From Rhodospirillales bacterium (GTDB taxonomy: Bacteria > Pseudomonadota > Alphaproteobacteria > Bin95), in contig JAYQLI010000035.1 of the NCBI GenBank assembly GCA_038143065.1, forward strand, positions 704,001 to 768,000: a stretch of DNA of 64,000 nt, read 5' to 3'. The translations under genes and the position numbers were made by a program. This document shows, one piece after another, positions 37,065 to 47,923 of this stretch; the stretch's first letter is position 1, and every line of letters begins with the position of its first letter. Below the pieces are notes generated by a model, which did no database searches, was not told the DNA's origin, and saw nothing but the letters and a program-made list of their open reading frames with translations.

Positions 37065-37319
37065 ATGCGCCCAAAAACCCAGCACCTCATAGAAAAAGGG
37101 GCATTAATTCTTTTTACGTTAGTGCACTTAATCGTCGGATGCCCTTGGATAATACTAATAATCTTCGATATCCTCGGTAGGAATGTTTATAGCTTTCCCA
37201 TTACTCTTGCGGCAACTCTGTTGTCCTTCGCACCTTACTACTGGATTTTAACCCGCTGGTGGCGCCCTAGGGAAATGCAACTCAAAGATCGGATTAAATT
37301 AGAAAAGAATGAAGGTTAA
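37065..37319 (+). CDS. Small hypothetical membrane protein (2 TM)
   Basis: 84-aa ORF filling the gap, two hydrophobic segments and a charged C-terminus; no family recognised. Confidence 0.45.
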   Translation: MRPKTQHLIEKGALILFTLVHLIVGCPWIILIIFDILGRNVYSFPITLAATLLSFAPYYWILTRWWRPREMQLKDRIKLEKNEG

Positions 37320-37399
37320 ATAAGTTTTTACGTATTACACCCTACCAAGAGCAAAGTTAAAAGACTAATCGATCCCGGCTCTAACAAAACTTCTTGAAA

Positions 37400-38479
37400 T
37401 CAGTTATCAGCTGCAAGGCATGTTTTGATAGATGAAGCCATATTTCTCAGCAGCTGAAAATACATATTCGGCCCGCTCGCTATTGATGCTCCCAGAGGGT
37501 CAAGCACGCCGGTTTTCGCGCCACTGCCCTCACTCAAAGTTTTAACTAACTTTGGTTCAAATTGAGGCTCTGAAAAAATACAGGCGGCGCCCAGAGACAT
37601 AATTTTCTCACGTAACTCACTAACACGTTGAGCACCTGGGAGTACTTCTGGTGATACTGTTATGGAGCCAACTGCGGAGACACCAAATCGTTGCTCAAAA
37701 TAATGATATGCATCGTGAAATACTATGAAACTCTTGTCTTGGACCGGTTCAAGTTGATCTCGTAACTCTCTAACAAGAGAGTCAAGTTGACTCCTCAATT
37801 TGCGAGCGTTTTCTTTATAAACTGATGCATGCGCTGGGTCGGCTTTTACCAAAGCTTCTTCAATTTCGTGAACTAACGCTTTTGCGTTGACCGGATCTAA
37901 CCAGACATGGGGATCAATTTCCCCGTGGCCATGCTCTTTGTCTGCATGTTTTTCATGGTCGTTGTGCCCGTGATCATGCTCTTTGTCTGCATGTTTTTCA
38001 TGGTCGTTGTGCCCGTGATCATGCTCTTTGTCTGCATGTTTTTCATGGTCGTTGTGCCCGTGATCATGCTCTTTGTCTGCATGTTTTTCATGGTCGTCGT
38101 GTCCATGATCATCAAACATACCGCCCTCACGGAATTTAATCCTCTTAAGACCGTGGGCGTTGAGAAGTTTTATAATTTCGGCGCTGTCTGAAATATTTTT
38201 GATAGGCTTTTTCAAAAATGTCTCTATATCATCGCCCATCCAAAATACTAATTTAGCATCTTGCAGTTTTCTCGCTTCAGAAGGTTTGAGGGAGTAAGTA
38301 TGCGGACTGCTAGCCCCATCAACAATAAGATAAGGAGTGCCAACACCGTTCATTACGGAAGACACAAGTGAGTGCACAGGCTTGATGGATGTAACAACAC
38401 CAATATCAGCTTTAGCCCCTGAGAAACTGATTGGGCAAAATACCAAAAGTATTACGAGTAATCGTTTTAAGGGCATCAT
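37400..38479 (-). CDS. znuA: Zinc ABC transporter substrate-binding protein with expanded His-rich loop
   Basis: VVTSIKPVHSLV, GASSPHTYSLKPS, DPHVWLDP, FIVFHDAY.YFE, FSEPQF. Confidence 0.95.
   Translation of the reverse strand: MMPLKRLLVILLVFCPISFSGAKADIGVVTSIKPVHSLVSSVMNGVGTPYLIVDGASSPHTYSLKPSEARKLQDAKLVFWMGDDIETFLKKPIKNISDSAEIIKLLNAHGLKRIKFREGGMFDDHGHDDHEKHADKEHDHGHNDHEKHADKEHDHGHNDHEKHADKEHDHGHNDHEKHADKEHGHGEIDPHVWLDPVNAKALVHEIEEALVKADPAHASVYKENARKLRSQLDSLVRELRDQLEPVQDKSFIVFHDAYHYFEQRFGVSAVGSITVSPEVLPGAQRVSELREKIMSLGAACIFSEPQFEPKLVKTLSEGSGAKTGVLDPLGASIASGPNMYFQLLRNMASSIKTCLAADN
37931..38110. repeat. Four tandem 45-bp in-frame repeats within znuA
   Basis: Unit ATGCTCTTTGTCTGCATGTTTTTCATGGTCGTTGTGCCCGTGATC: three identical copies plus one with three mismatches; encodes DHGHNDHEKHADKEH. 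Confidence 0.97.
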
Positions 38480-38534
38480 ACGCTCCGGACAACTTTACTA
38501 TAGAAAATTATAGGCTTACTTAAGAGAAAAAACC

Positions 38535-38567
38535 CGTTATATTGTAACAATATGTTATATTATAACA
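38535..38567. promoter_or_regulatory. Tandem Zur boxes in the znuA/znuC divergent promoter
   Basis: CGTTATATTGTAACA (38535-38549) and TGTTATATTATAACA (38553-38567). Confidence 0.88.
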
Positions 38568-38620
38568 AACCTTATCAAGTCAATATTAGCAAACTTTCTT
38601 TCGAAGAAGTTCACCCCATC

Positions 38621-39415
38621 ATGACCAAGACCCATAACCATCTGTTAAAGCTAGACAATGCTGGTGCTTATCTATCTGAGAAGTGGCTTGTACGTGGCGT
38701 AAACTTAACCCTTAATCGGGGCGAATTAGTCACTTTGATTGGCCCCAATGGATCTGGCAAATCAACAACGGCTAAAATGGCACTCGGCATAGTTAATGCC
38801 TCCGAAGGTACGGTCCAGCGCCAGCCCAAAATTCGGATCAGCTATGTTCCACAAAAACTAATTGTTGATTGGACCATGCCTCTTACTGTCCGCCGTTTTA
38901 TGTCGTTAACGTATCCAGCCACTCGCCATAAAATCCAAAAAGCTCTTTCATCAACCGAGACTGAACATTTGATAAATTCTGAGATAAGAAATTTATCTGG
39001 TGGTGAATTCCAACGCGTTTTAATAGCTCGTGCTATCGTAAATGAGCCTGAACTCCTAGTGCTTGATGAACCAGTTCAAGGTGTAGATTTTAACGGTGAG
39101 ATTGCTCTTTACAGTCTTATCGAAAAGATTCGTGGCGATTTAGATTGTGGCATCATTTTGATATCTCATGACCTGCACATGGTTATGTCCAGTACTGATA
39201 GTGTCCTTTGCCTAAACGGCCATGTCTGCTGCTCTGGGACCCCTGAAATTGTAGCGTCTGCTCCTGAGTTTAGAAAACTATTTGGAGACAAAGCGGCCAA
39301 CGAGTTGGCATTTTATAGGCATAGCCACGACCACGAACATTTACCCAATAGAACAGTGCAGACAATTCATGAGGACGACCCCAAGCCCCACGAGAGCATC
39401 GCAAAAAGGAACTAA
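38621..39415 (+). CDS. znuC: Zinc ABC transporter ATP-binding protein
   Basis: GPNGSGKST, LSGGEFQRVLIARA, LDEPVQGVD, CLNGHVCCSGTP, YRHSHDHEH. Confidence 0.95.
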   Translation: MTKTHNHLLKLDNAGAYLSEKWLVRGVNLTLNRGELVTLIGPNGSGKSTTAKMALGIVNASEGTVQRQPKIRISYVPQKLIVDWTMPLTVRRFMSLTYPATRHKIQKALSSTETEHLINSEIRNLSGGEFQRVLIARAIVNEPELLVLDEPVQGVDFNGEIALYSLIEKIRGDLDCGIILISHDLHMVMSSTDSVLCLNGHVCCSGTPEIVASAPEFRKLFGDKAANELAFYRHSHDHEHLPNRTVQTIHEDDPKPHESIAKRN

Positions 39416-39436
39416 ATAAAGTGGAGTCACAGCGTC

Positions 39437-40254
39437 ATGCTTGATGACTTTTTATCCGTGCGTTGATAGGTGGTATCGGCGTTGCGTTAATAGCTGGACC
39501 TCTTGGGTGTTTCATAATTTGGCGAAGATTGGCGTATTTTGGCGATACACTTTCGCATTCAGCACTGTTAGGAGTGGCTTTAGCTTTATTGCTGGAATTG
39601 AACATCACGCTGTCCGTTTTTGTTATTTCATTAGGTGTGGCGATGCTGCTGTTACTTTTGCAAAGACAAGCCCGATTAACCTCCGATGCGCTTCTAGGTC
39701 TACTGGCTCATGCCACGCTCGCAGTTGGGTTGGTAGTTTTAGCCTTTATGACTTGGATACGCGTTGACCTTATGGGTTTTCTCTTTGGTGATATTCTAGC
39801 TATCTCTAAATTAGATATCTTAATTATTTGGTTTGGCGGACTAGTGGTTTTGCTTGCACTCTGCCTTATTTGGAAGCAGCTATTTGCTGCAACGGTCAAT
39901 TATGAGATTGCTGTTGCGGAGAATCAAAAACCTGATAAGGCCAATTTTTTCTTTATGATTTTGATGGCCGCCGTGATAGCGATTTCAATGAAAATTGTAG
40001 GCGCCCTTCTCATAACAGCCTTGTTAATTATCCCAGCTGCAACATCAAGACGCTTCGCCTCTACTCCAGAAATGATGGCGGTTATTGCTTCAATTGTTGG
40101 TGCTTTATGCGTCTGGCTCGGCTTGGAAGGCTCATTACATTGGGATACACCAGCTGGACCAAGTATTGTTGTGGCTGCGCTTATCGGATTTATTATATCT
40201 CTCCTACCATTCGAACGGCTTTTAAAAGTCGCAAATATCAAAAAAGCACGTTAA
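39437..40254 (+). CDS. znuB: Zinc ABC transporter permease; frameshift in the T-run near 39450
   Basis: MLDDF(F)IRALIGG, GPLGCFIIWRRLAYFGDTLSHSALLG, DTPAGPSIVV. Confidence 0.93.
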
Positions 40255-40269
40255 GGACAGTAATCTAGG

Positions 40270-40674
40270 ATGCGAGACTTAGACAAAATTAAGTTTTCAA
40301 AAAATGAAGCACTTGTTTTCGAAGCACTTAAAAATGCGAGCCATCCAGTTGGTGCCTACGATTTATTGGATCAGCTTAAAGTGCACGGATTGAAGTCCCC
40401 ACCTCAAGTTTATCGAGCTTTAGAACGCTTAACAGAACTAAAAGTGGCGCATCGAGTAGAGAGTTTAAATGCTTGGACTTCATGTTGTGAGGCCAACCAT
40501 GAAAATGCTCCAGTTTTTGTGATTTGTGATAATTGTGGGGATGTCACAGAACATATCGACCGGCCATTAAACGCAAGTCTTGAAAAAATTTATAAAAAAA
40601 ATGGCTTTGTACCAGGTAATCCAATCCTTGAAATACATGGCCGGTGCCATGATTGCATCTCAACAACATTGTAG
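40270..40674 (+). CDS. zur: Zinc uptake regulator (Fur family)
   Basis: GAYDLLD, PPQVYRALE, HRVESLNA, CDNC and CHDC; Zur boxes nearby. Confidence 0.9.
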   Translation: MRDLDKIKFSKNEALVFEALKNASHPVGAYDLLDQLKVHGLKSPPQVYRALERLTELKVAHRVESLNAWTSCCEANHENAPVFVICDNCGDVTEHIDRPLNASLEKIYKKNGFVPGNPILEIHGRCHDCISTTL

Positions 40675-40800
40675 CCGTCAAAAAAACTTCAAAAGCTTTC
40701 AAGTCATTGTTTTTAACTTTGTCGCCGCAGTAACAAAAGCACGGCTGGCGCTACAGCATTAGTTACGTAAAAGTCTCTGGCCAGAATTATAAAAGCGTTG

Positions 40801-41205
40801 TTAATCTAAAAACTTATAAGCGCCCTGGCCACTGGCTAACAAAGGTCCACCAACCCCATCAATCAGCCGGGCTTCTGAAAAGAAAGTCGAGCGCCCCCTT
40901 TTGAGCACACGTCCTTCGCAGACAAGCTCATCACCTTTTGCTGCACCTATAAAATTACAGGACATTGAAACAGTAACAGCTTTCCTTCTTCTCTCACCGT
41001 CAGGATCTTTATTGCCGGCAAACATGCCAGCGGAGTCAATTAAAGAAGAAATAACGCCTCCATGAGGCCGCCCCTGACGATTCATATGCTGCACGCCAAG
41101 CTTGACACGAAATTGGCAGAAATTTGGTTCCCATATTGCGAAGTGAAAACCCATAACAGCCTCGTAACGTCCAGGGTCACCTTCAGGCAACTGATTGTCA
41201 CTCAT
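40801..41205 (-). CDS. PaaI family thioesterase
   Basis: N..G.PHGGVISSLIDSA hot-dog motif. Confidence 0.85.
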   Translation of the reverse strand: MSDNQLPEGDPGRYEAVMGFHFAIWEPNFCQFRVKLGVQHMNRQGRPHGGVISSLIDSAGMFAGNKDPDGERRRKAVTVSMSCNFIGAAKGDELVCEGRVLKRGRSTFFSEARLIDGVGGPLLASGQGAYKFLD

Positions 41206-41690
41206 TTATTCTTTCCTGGTGGGTCAAGTACAAGGCACACTGACGTGCCATGCGCATAAATTTTTCCAGCAGTATCAACCAAACGCCCCTCCATAGAGAG
41301 CATGGTTCGTCCAGCGTGAACCACTCGGCCTTCAGCACGAAGCGGTCCCACATCAGGCATTACACCACGAGTAAAATTAACTTTTAAATCAAGGCTAGTG
41401 TAAGGATAACCAGCATCTATCATTGTATGACCAGCGCATCCCATACAGCTATCCAAAAGTGTAGAAATCCAACCACCGTGAACCCGGCCAAGAGGATTAA
41501 AATACTCAGCTTTAGGAATCCCCTCCCAAGCAACAAACCCCCTTTCAACGACTACAAGCCGAAAATCCAACGTGCTCGCTATTTTGGGATGCGGTAACTT
41601 TCCATCTCGAATAGCGCTCAGGAAATCAAATCCTGAATACTTTAATGCCTCCTCTATTGGGATAGCACCATAGGTTGGCGTTTCTGTCAC
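41202..41690 (-). CDS. PaaI family thioesterase
   Basis: NPLGRVHGGWISTLLDSCMGCA. Confidence 0.88.
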   Translation of the reverse strand: MTETPTYGAIPIEEALKYSGFDFLSAIRDGKLPHPKIASTLDFRLVVVERGFVAWEGIPKAEYFNPLGRVHGGWISTLLDSCMGCAGHTMIDAGYPYTSLDLKVNFTRGVMPDVGPLRAEGRVVHAGRTMLSMEGRLVDTAGKIYAHGTSVCLVLDPPGKNK

Positions 41691-42586
41691 TCAGCAGCCT
41701 CGATCGTGTCTTCGAAGGTCTTAAAGAAGCGACTTGCTGTACCTTTCTGATTCTCATAGATCGATCCTTGCGATTTCGCATCGGGGAATGGCATCCGAAT
41801 AGGAACGTTCGCCATTCGAGGCATGGTGGTAGACTTTCCACGCACCATTCGAGCTTCCCAGGCGTTAAACTCACCCTTCATTTTCGCAAGAGGCCAAGCA
41901 TCGGCAGCAGCATACTCAGTAAGGAGCAATCTGCGCTGTCGATTTCCAGTATTTAAAGCTGAACCATGCACGGCACGTACGTGATGAATAGTCATAGACC
42001 CTGCAGGTGCAGTCAATTTATGGGCACCCGAAACATCCAAACCTATGGAAGTAGGATCGAAGGCCCCGCAGAAGCATCCATCGGAATGATGATCATAAAC
42101 GGGCCCCTTGTGGCTACCGGGCAGCATCAAGAGAGGTCCGTTGGATTCATCACAATCGTCCAACAAAATTCCCGTGGCCAACACATCATCATTTGTGTGG
42201 GGATAGAAGGCCCAATCTTGATGCCACTCAACAGGCGCTCCATAAGATGCCGCCTTGATATTCATCTTACCGCCATAAACCCTAATGTCTGGGCCAATAA
42301 GCTGGGCAACAATATCCGTAATATCTGTATCTCTGCAGAGGTCCCAAAAATATGGAACGTGATTGTAAGGCTCTTTGATGCGTCTCACCCGAGGATTATC
42401 AGGTCTGTGACTATCTTCTAAATCATACAGTTCATTATTCTGAGATACCTCACTTGCTCCAGAAATAATTACATCTGTTTGAGCACGCAGCTCATTCAGC
42501 TTTTCGGGACTTAGCACACCCTCAACTACAACGTATCCATCATCATGGTACTTTGTGATCTGCTCATCTGTCAGCTTTATGCCCAT
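41687..42586 (-). CDS. Phytanoyl-CoA dioxygenase (PhyH) family Fe(II)/2OG oxygenase
   Basis: WHQDWAFYPHTN, NGPL..LPGSH, HGSALN...RR. Confidence 0.88.
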   Translation of the reverse strand: MGIKLTDEQITKYHDDGYVVVEGVLSPEKLNELRAQTDVIISGASEVSQNNELYDLEDSHRPDNPRVRRIKEPYNHVPYFWDLCRDTDITDIVAQLIGPDIRVYGGKMNIKAASYGAPVEWHQDWAFYPHTNDDVLATGILLDDCDESNGPLLMLPGSHKGPVYDHHSDGCFCGAFDPTSIGLDVSGAHKLTAPAGSMTIHHVRAVHGSALNTGNRQRRLLLTEYAAADAWPLAKMKGEFNAWEARMVRGKSTTMPRMANVPIRMPFPDAKSQGSIYENQKGTASRFFKTFEDTIEAAE

Positions 42587-42607
42587 AGTGTCCTCCCAAT
42601 ACAGATT

Positions 42608-44191
42608 TTATTCTTGTACGGATAGTCCTTCGTTGGCTAGGGCGCTTTTAATAAGTTCTATTGTTTCATCCACACCATATAGGGCAATAAAGCTACCCAT
42701 TCGCGGACCGGATGATTGTCCTAAAAGCACTTCATAGAGAGCTTGGAACCATTCTCGCAGATTTTCATACCCATGCGTTTTACCAACATGATAGACAGCA
42801 TTTTGCAACATCTCTGCAGACCGATCTTCCGCAGAAGCAAGTCTATCACTGAGATCAGCCATAGCGGCGCGTTCTGCAGCACTTGGAGCCCGATAGGCTT
42901 TTTCAGGTTTCACAAAGTCTCGATAATAAGCCAATGCATACCCTACCAAGCGATCCAACATTGGTGCTGTCTCAGGAGTAAGCTCCGGCGAATACCGCCC
43001 AATAAAACCCCATAGTGTTGCTTTGTCCTCTGCGTTGCAGACAGCCGCTAGATTCAAAAGAAGAGAGAAAGAAAAGTCTCCCTCTGTCGCCGGAGGGTTA
43101 CCACCATGAATATGCCATGATGGATTATCTAATTGTTTCTCTGGCTCCTGATTCCCAAAGCCCGCTAAATGTTGGCGATATTCGTCAACCGCCCGCGGTA
43201 TAACATCGAAATAAAGTCGTTTTGCGGCGGTAGGCTTTTGAAACATAAACATCGACAAGCTTTCAGGTGGCGCATACGCAAGCCATTCCTCCACAGAAAG
43301 GCCATTACCTTTTGATTTTGAAATTTTTCCACCTTCGTGATCGAGGAATAATTCGTAGGTGAATCCTTCAGGAGGTTTTCCGCCTAGGATCCTACAAATT
43401 GAGGAAGATAACTTGACACTCTCGATCAAGTCTTTTCCCGACATTTCATAATCAACGTCAAGGGCGAACCATCGCATGGCCCAGTCAGCTTTCCATTGCA
43501 GCTTGCAGTGCCCACCTGTGACAGGAGTTTCAATCAGTTTTCCGTTACTGGGATCAACATAAACGATCGTACCCGCATCTGGCCGTACTTCTTTTGCTGG
43601 TACTTGAAGAACCTCGCCCGTTTCTTCTGAAATTGGGAGAAATGGGCAATAGGTCTCCCTGCGCTCTTGGCCAAGCGTCGGAAGTATTACTTTCATGACT
43701 TTGTCAAACTGACGAAGCATCGCCATCAGAGCCTGGTCAAACTCTCCAGATTTGTAACATTCAGTGGACGATTTGAATTCATACTCAAATCCAAATTCGT
43801 CAAGAAATGCCCTCAGACGCGCATTATTATGAGCCCCAAAACTATCATGAGTTCCAAATGGGTCAGGTACTTGAGTTAGAGGTTTGTTTAGGTGTTTGGA
43901 TAACATCTCTTTATTGGGAACATTATCCGGAACCTTTCGCAGGCCATCCATATCGTCTGAAAAAGCAAAGAGCCGAGTAGGAATGTCTGATAATTCTGCA
44001 AAAGCACGCCTAACCATTGAGGTTCGTGCCACTTCACCAAAGGTACCAATATGAGGCAATCCCGATGGACCATAACCGGTTTCAAATAGAGCATAGCCTT
44101 TTTCAGACTTACTGTGCTCCATTCGCTTGAGCACTTTTCGTGCTTCTTGAAAGGGCCAAGCTCGAGCGTTTTCAGCATTTGCGTTCGGCAT
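42608..44191 (-). CDS. lysS: Lysine--tRNA ligase, class I
   Basis: [33 protein letters not shown]. Confidence 0.96.
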   Translation of the reverse strand: MPNANAENARAWPFQEARKVLKRMEHSKSEKGYALFETGYGPSGLPHIGTFGEVARTSMVRRAFAELSDIPTRLFAFSDDMDGLRKVPDNVPNKEMLSKHLNKPLTQVPDPFGTHDSFGAHNNARLRAFLDEFGFEYEFKSSTECYKSGEFDQALMAMLRQFDKVMKVILPTLGQERRETYCPFLPISEETGEVLQVPAKEVRPDAGTIVYVDPSNGKLIETPVTGGHCKLQWKADWAMRWFALDVDYEMSGKDLIESVKLSSSICRILGGKPPEGFTYELFLDHEGGKISKSKGNGLSVEEWLAYAPPESLSMFMFQKPTAAKRLYFDVIPRAVDEYRQHLAGFGNQEPEKQLDNPSWHIHGGNPPATEGDFSFSLLLNLAAVCNAEDKATLWGFIGRYSPELTPETAPMLDRLVGYALAYYRDFVKPEKAYRAPSAAERAAMADLSDRLASAEDRSAEMLQNAVYHVGKTHGYENLREWFQALYEVLLGQSSGPRMGSFIALYGVDETIELIKSALANEGLSVQE

Positions 44192-44444
44192 GGATTAGGA
44201 GATCCCGAGTTAGTGTCAAAGATCGGTTCCGAATAGCGACACACTGTTTCGGGAAAAACCGATACCATCGAAGGATTTATTAGTCGGAAGATGATATGTT
44301 GCCAAGCTGTACCGAAAAATAGTCTTCATCCTCATCTCAAACCCTCGAACCTTAAGATTAAATATTTCTCAAAAACTTGCCCTTCTGGTTCGTCCCAGCC
44401 AAATTGCATGTTAGATTCCGTATACCAGCGGAGTGGAGGCCCTG

Positions 44445-47400
44445 ATGCAGTTACGCAACGTTTCGCTCGAAGATAAATATATACTGGAAAACGGCAGTGC
44501 CTTTATGACAGGCACGCAGGCTCTGGTACGTTTACCAATGATACAGAGGCAGCGTGACCTCTCTGCCGGCTTAAATACTGCAGGCTACATTTCTGGATAT
44601 AGAGGTTCTCCACTCGGTGCGTATGACCAGCAACTCTGGTCAGCTCGTAAACACCTAGCTGCTCATCACATAACATTCCGACCCGGCATAAATGAAGATT
44701 TAGCAGCTACTGCCGTATGGGGTGCCCAGCAAATAGAACACTCTGGTGAAGCAAAATACGATGGAGTGTTTGGAATCTGGTACGGAAAAGGTCCAGGTGT
44801 GGATCGGTCGGGTGATGTATTCAAGCATGCAAATCAAGCCGGTTCAGCGCGACACGGTGGTGTTATCGCACTTGCTGGCGATGACCATATGGCCAAGTCA
44901 TCAACTGTTGCACATCAAAGCGAGTTTGCATTTGTCGATGCATTGATTCCAATTTTTTCACCTGCAGGGGTCCAAGAATTTTAGACTATGGTCTTCATGG
45001 CTTTGCGATGTCTCGCTTCAGCGGGCTATGGGCCGGATTTAAAGCAATTGGTGAAACAGTAGACTCATCTGCAGTTGTTGATCTGGACCCAGAGCGTGTT
45101 CGTCCATCCCTCCCCCATTTTGAAATGCCAGAAGGTGGGCTCAATAATCGTCAAATAGTCACCGAATTTTTGATGCTCGAGGAAATTCTGCATCGATATA
45201 AGCTCCCTGCAGCTAAGGCATATGCACGTGAAAACCGACTGGATCGTGTTGTTATAGGGGGCCCTGAAAGGCGAATTGGCGTAGTGACTGTTGGAAAGTC
45301 ATATCTTGATGTCCGGCAAGCTTTTGATGAACTTGGACTAACCGAAGCAGAGGCCGCACGTCTCGGCATCTCCTTGTATAAGGTCGCAATGCCATGGCCG
45401 CTGGAGACTGAGGGAGCGCAGGCGTTTTGTGAAGGCTTAGACCTCGTCATGGTTGTTGAAGAAAAACGGGGATTAATTGAGCCTCAACTTAAGGAAGCTC
45501 TCTATGGAATTAGCGCTGACCGACGTCCAGTAATAATTGGCAAGCAGGATGAAACTGGAGATGAGTTATTTCCTGCTTATGGCGAACTTACGCCTGGGAT
45601 TATAGCCCGCGCACTTGCCGACAGACTAAAAATTTCTGGCATAGACGAGCAAGGCCAACGTCGTATTGATGACGCTCTTGCACGATACGACAGACTGGAT
45701 GCCTCAGCATCTGGCAACCAACCACCTTCTATGAGTAGAACTCCATACTTCTGTTCTGGTTGTCCCCACAACACATCTACAAAAGTGCCAGAAGGTAGTC
45801 GTGCTGGTGCGGGAATAGGCTGCCATTATATGGCGTTATGGATGGACAGAGCCACTTCTGGCTTCACCCATATGGGTGCAGAGGGCGCCAACTGGGTTGG
45901 GCAAGCTCCATTTGTTGAAACACAGCATATTTTCCAAAACATAGGTGACGGGACCTACAATCATTCTGGCTTGCTAGCTATCCGGCAGGCAGCTGCTGCT
46001 GGCGTGAATATCACATACAAGATCCTATATAACGACGCTGTCGCAATGACAGGTGGTCAGCCTCATGACGGCACTTTAACTGTTGCAGAAATCAGTCGAC
46101 AGGTTCATGCCGAGGGGGCAAAGCGTATAGTCGTAGTAACAGACGAACCCGACAAATACCCCAGTGATTTTGGCTTCGCTCCCGGCGTAACAATTCATCA
46201 CCGCCAAGAGTTGATGAAGGTGCAGCGGGAATTACGCGAAACCTTGGGGTTAAGTGTATTAATTTATGATCAAACCTGCGCTGCTGAAAAACGTCGTCGC
46301 CGCAAACGTGGGACATTCCCCAATCCTCCAAAGCGCGCATTCATTAATGAGCGCGTTTGCGAAGGCTGCGGTGATTGCGGAGTGAAATCAAATTGTGTCT
46401 CAGTGGCTCCAATAGAGACTGAATATGGTCGCAAGCGGCGCATTGATCAGTCAGCTTGCAATAAAGACTATTCTTGTATGCAGGGATTCTGTCCTTCCTT
46501 CGTTACTGTGCTGAATGGAGAGCCAAGGAAGTCACCACCCGTTGCTGAAGATCCACAACGCATCTTGCCCGTTCCTGATCTCCCCAGCCTAGAAAAGCCC
46601 TACGGGGTCCTATTAACCGGTATAGGTGGTACAGGCGTTGTGACAGTGAACGCTGTATTAGCAATGGCTGCTCATCTAGAAGGTAAAGCTGCAACAGTTC
46701 TCGACATGGCAGGGTTGGCTCAAAAAGGTGGAGCTGTCTGGTCTCATCTTCGAATTGCTCAAAAAGCTGATGATCTGCATGCAACACGCATAGCATTGGG
46801 CGGAGCAGATTTGCTTCTTGGGTGTGATATTGTGACTGCCGCTCAACCCGACAGTATTTCAAAGCTAGAACGAGGGCAGTCCAAAGCTGTAATTAACACA
46901 TATCGGCAATTCACTGGAGACTTTACCAGAGATCCAGATTTTCAATTTCCAACTGATGAATTGAAAAACCGAATTGAAGGTGGCGTAGGACCAAACTCCG
47001 CCTTCTTCCTTGATGGGACTGAGCTAGCCACAAAGCTTATGGGCGATTCAATTGCAACCAATCTATTTATGACTGGATATGCATGGCAAAAAGGCCTTAT
47101 TCCTCTTGCACTCGATGCGATCTTAAAAGCAATTGAACTCAATGGTGTAGGCATCGAAATGAATACGCGTTCCTTCCATTGGGGGCGTATGGCAGCCTAC
47201 GACCTATCCAAAGTTGAGGCCGCGGCTGGGCCAAAACGAGAAATTAAAAAACCCTTAAACCTCGAAGAAACCATTGCAGATCGTATGGCGGAACTTACCG
47301 CGTATCAAAACACACGATATGCCAAAAAATATAAGGCACTCGTTAATAAGGTATCCGAAGCTGAGCAGGCAGTAGCGCCTGGTAAAACATCTTTAGCAAT

Positions 47401-47923
47401 GGCTGCAGCCCGATACGGGTATAAGCTTATGGCTTATAAAGATGAGTACGAGGTTGCGCGCCTCTATTCTGATCCAAAATTCCGGGAGCGCTTAGAGGCT
47501 CAATTCGAAGGTAATTTTGAGCTGCGCTTTAATCTTGCACCACCTCTCATGTCTAAGATTGATCCTGTATCTGGAGAGCCAATCAAAAAAGAATTCGGCC
47601 CATCCATGGAAAAGTGGTTCCGGCAGCTCGCGAAGCTGAAAGCCTTGCGTGGTACTAAGCTGGATATCTTTGGTCGCACGGAAGAGCGCAAGCGCGAAAG
47701 GGCATTAATTAGCGAGTATTCACAGCTGGTTGATAAGATTACAGACGAACTTACGAAAGAAAACTATCAGTTTGCTGTCGGTCTTTTGAGCATCCCCGAA
47801 CACATCCGAGGGTATGGACACGTCAAACTGCGCAACCTCGACATTGCTAAAGCAGAAGAAACCCGCCTTCTGGAAGCCTTTGACAACCCAGATGCTGTGA
47901 AGCTTACCCAGGCTGCCGAGTGA
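44445..47923 (+). CDS. Fused indolepyruvate:ferredoxin oxidoreductase family protein; frameshift near 44980
   Basis: SGYRGSPLG, WYGKGPGVDR, FCSGCPHN, GDGTYNHSG TPP motif, CEGCGDC...C, GIGGTGV, AYKDEYEVARL. Confidence 0.92.

Noticed and set aside
37931-38110. Repeat array as a CRISPR, and the alternative-frame repetitive ORFs 37897..38130 and 37907..38191
   Set aside because: The repeats are contiguous with no spacers, there are no cas genes, and they are in frame within znuA. The other ORFs are shadows of the repeat.
41687-42586. PhyH-family gene as the missing phnY
   Set aside because: It lies in the lysS-thioesterase run with no Pho box or phn neighbours, and the family is too broad to assign.
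42608-44191. Class I (archaeal-type) LysRS as an unusual acquisition
   Set aside because: Class I LysRS is well established in alphaproteobacteria.
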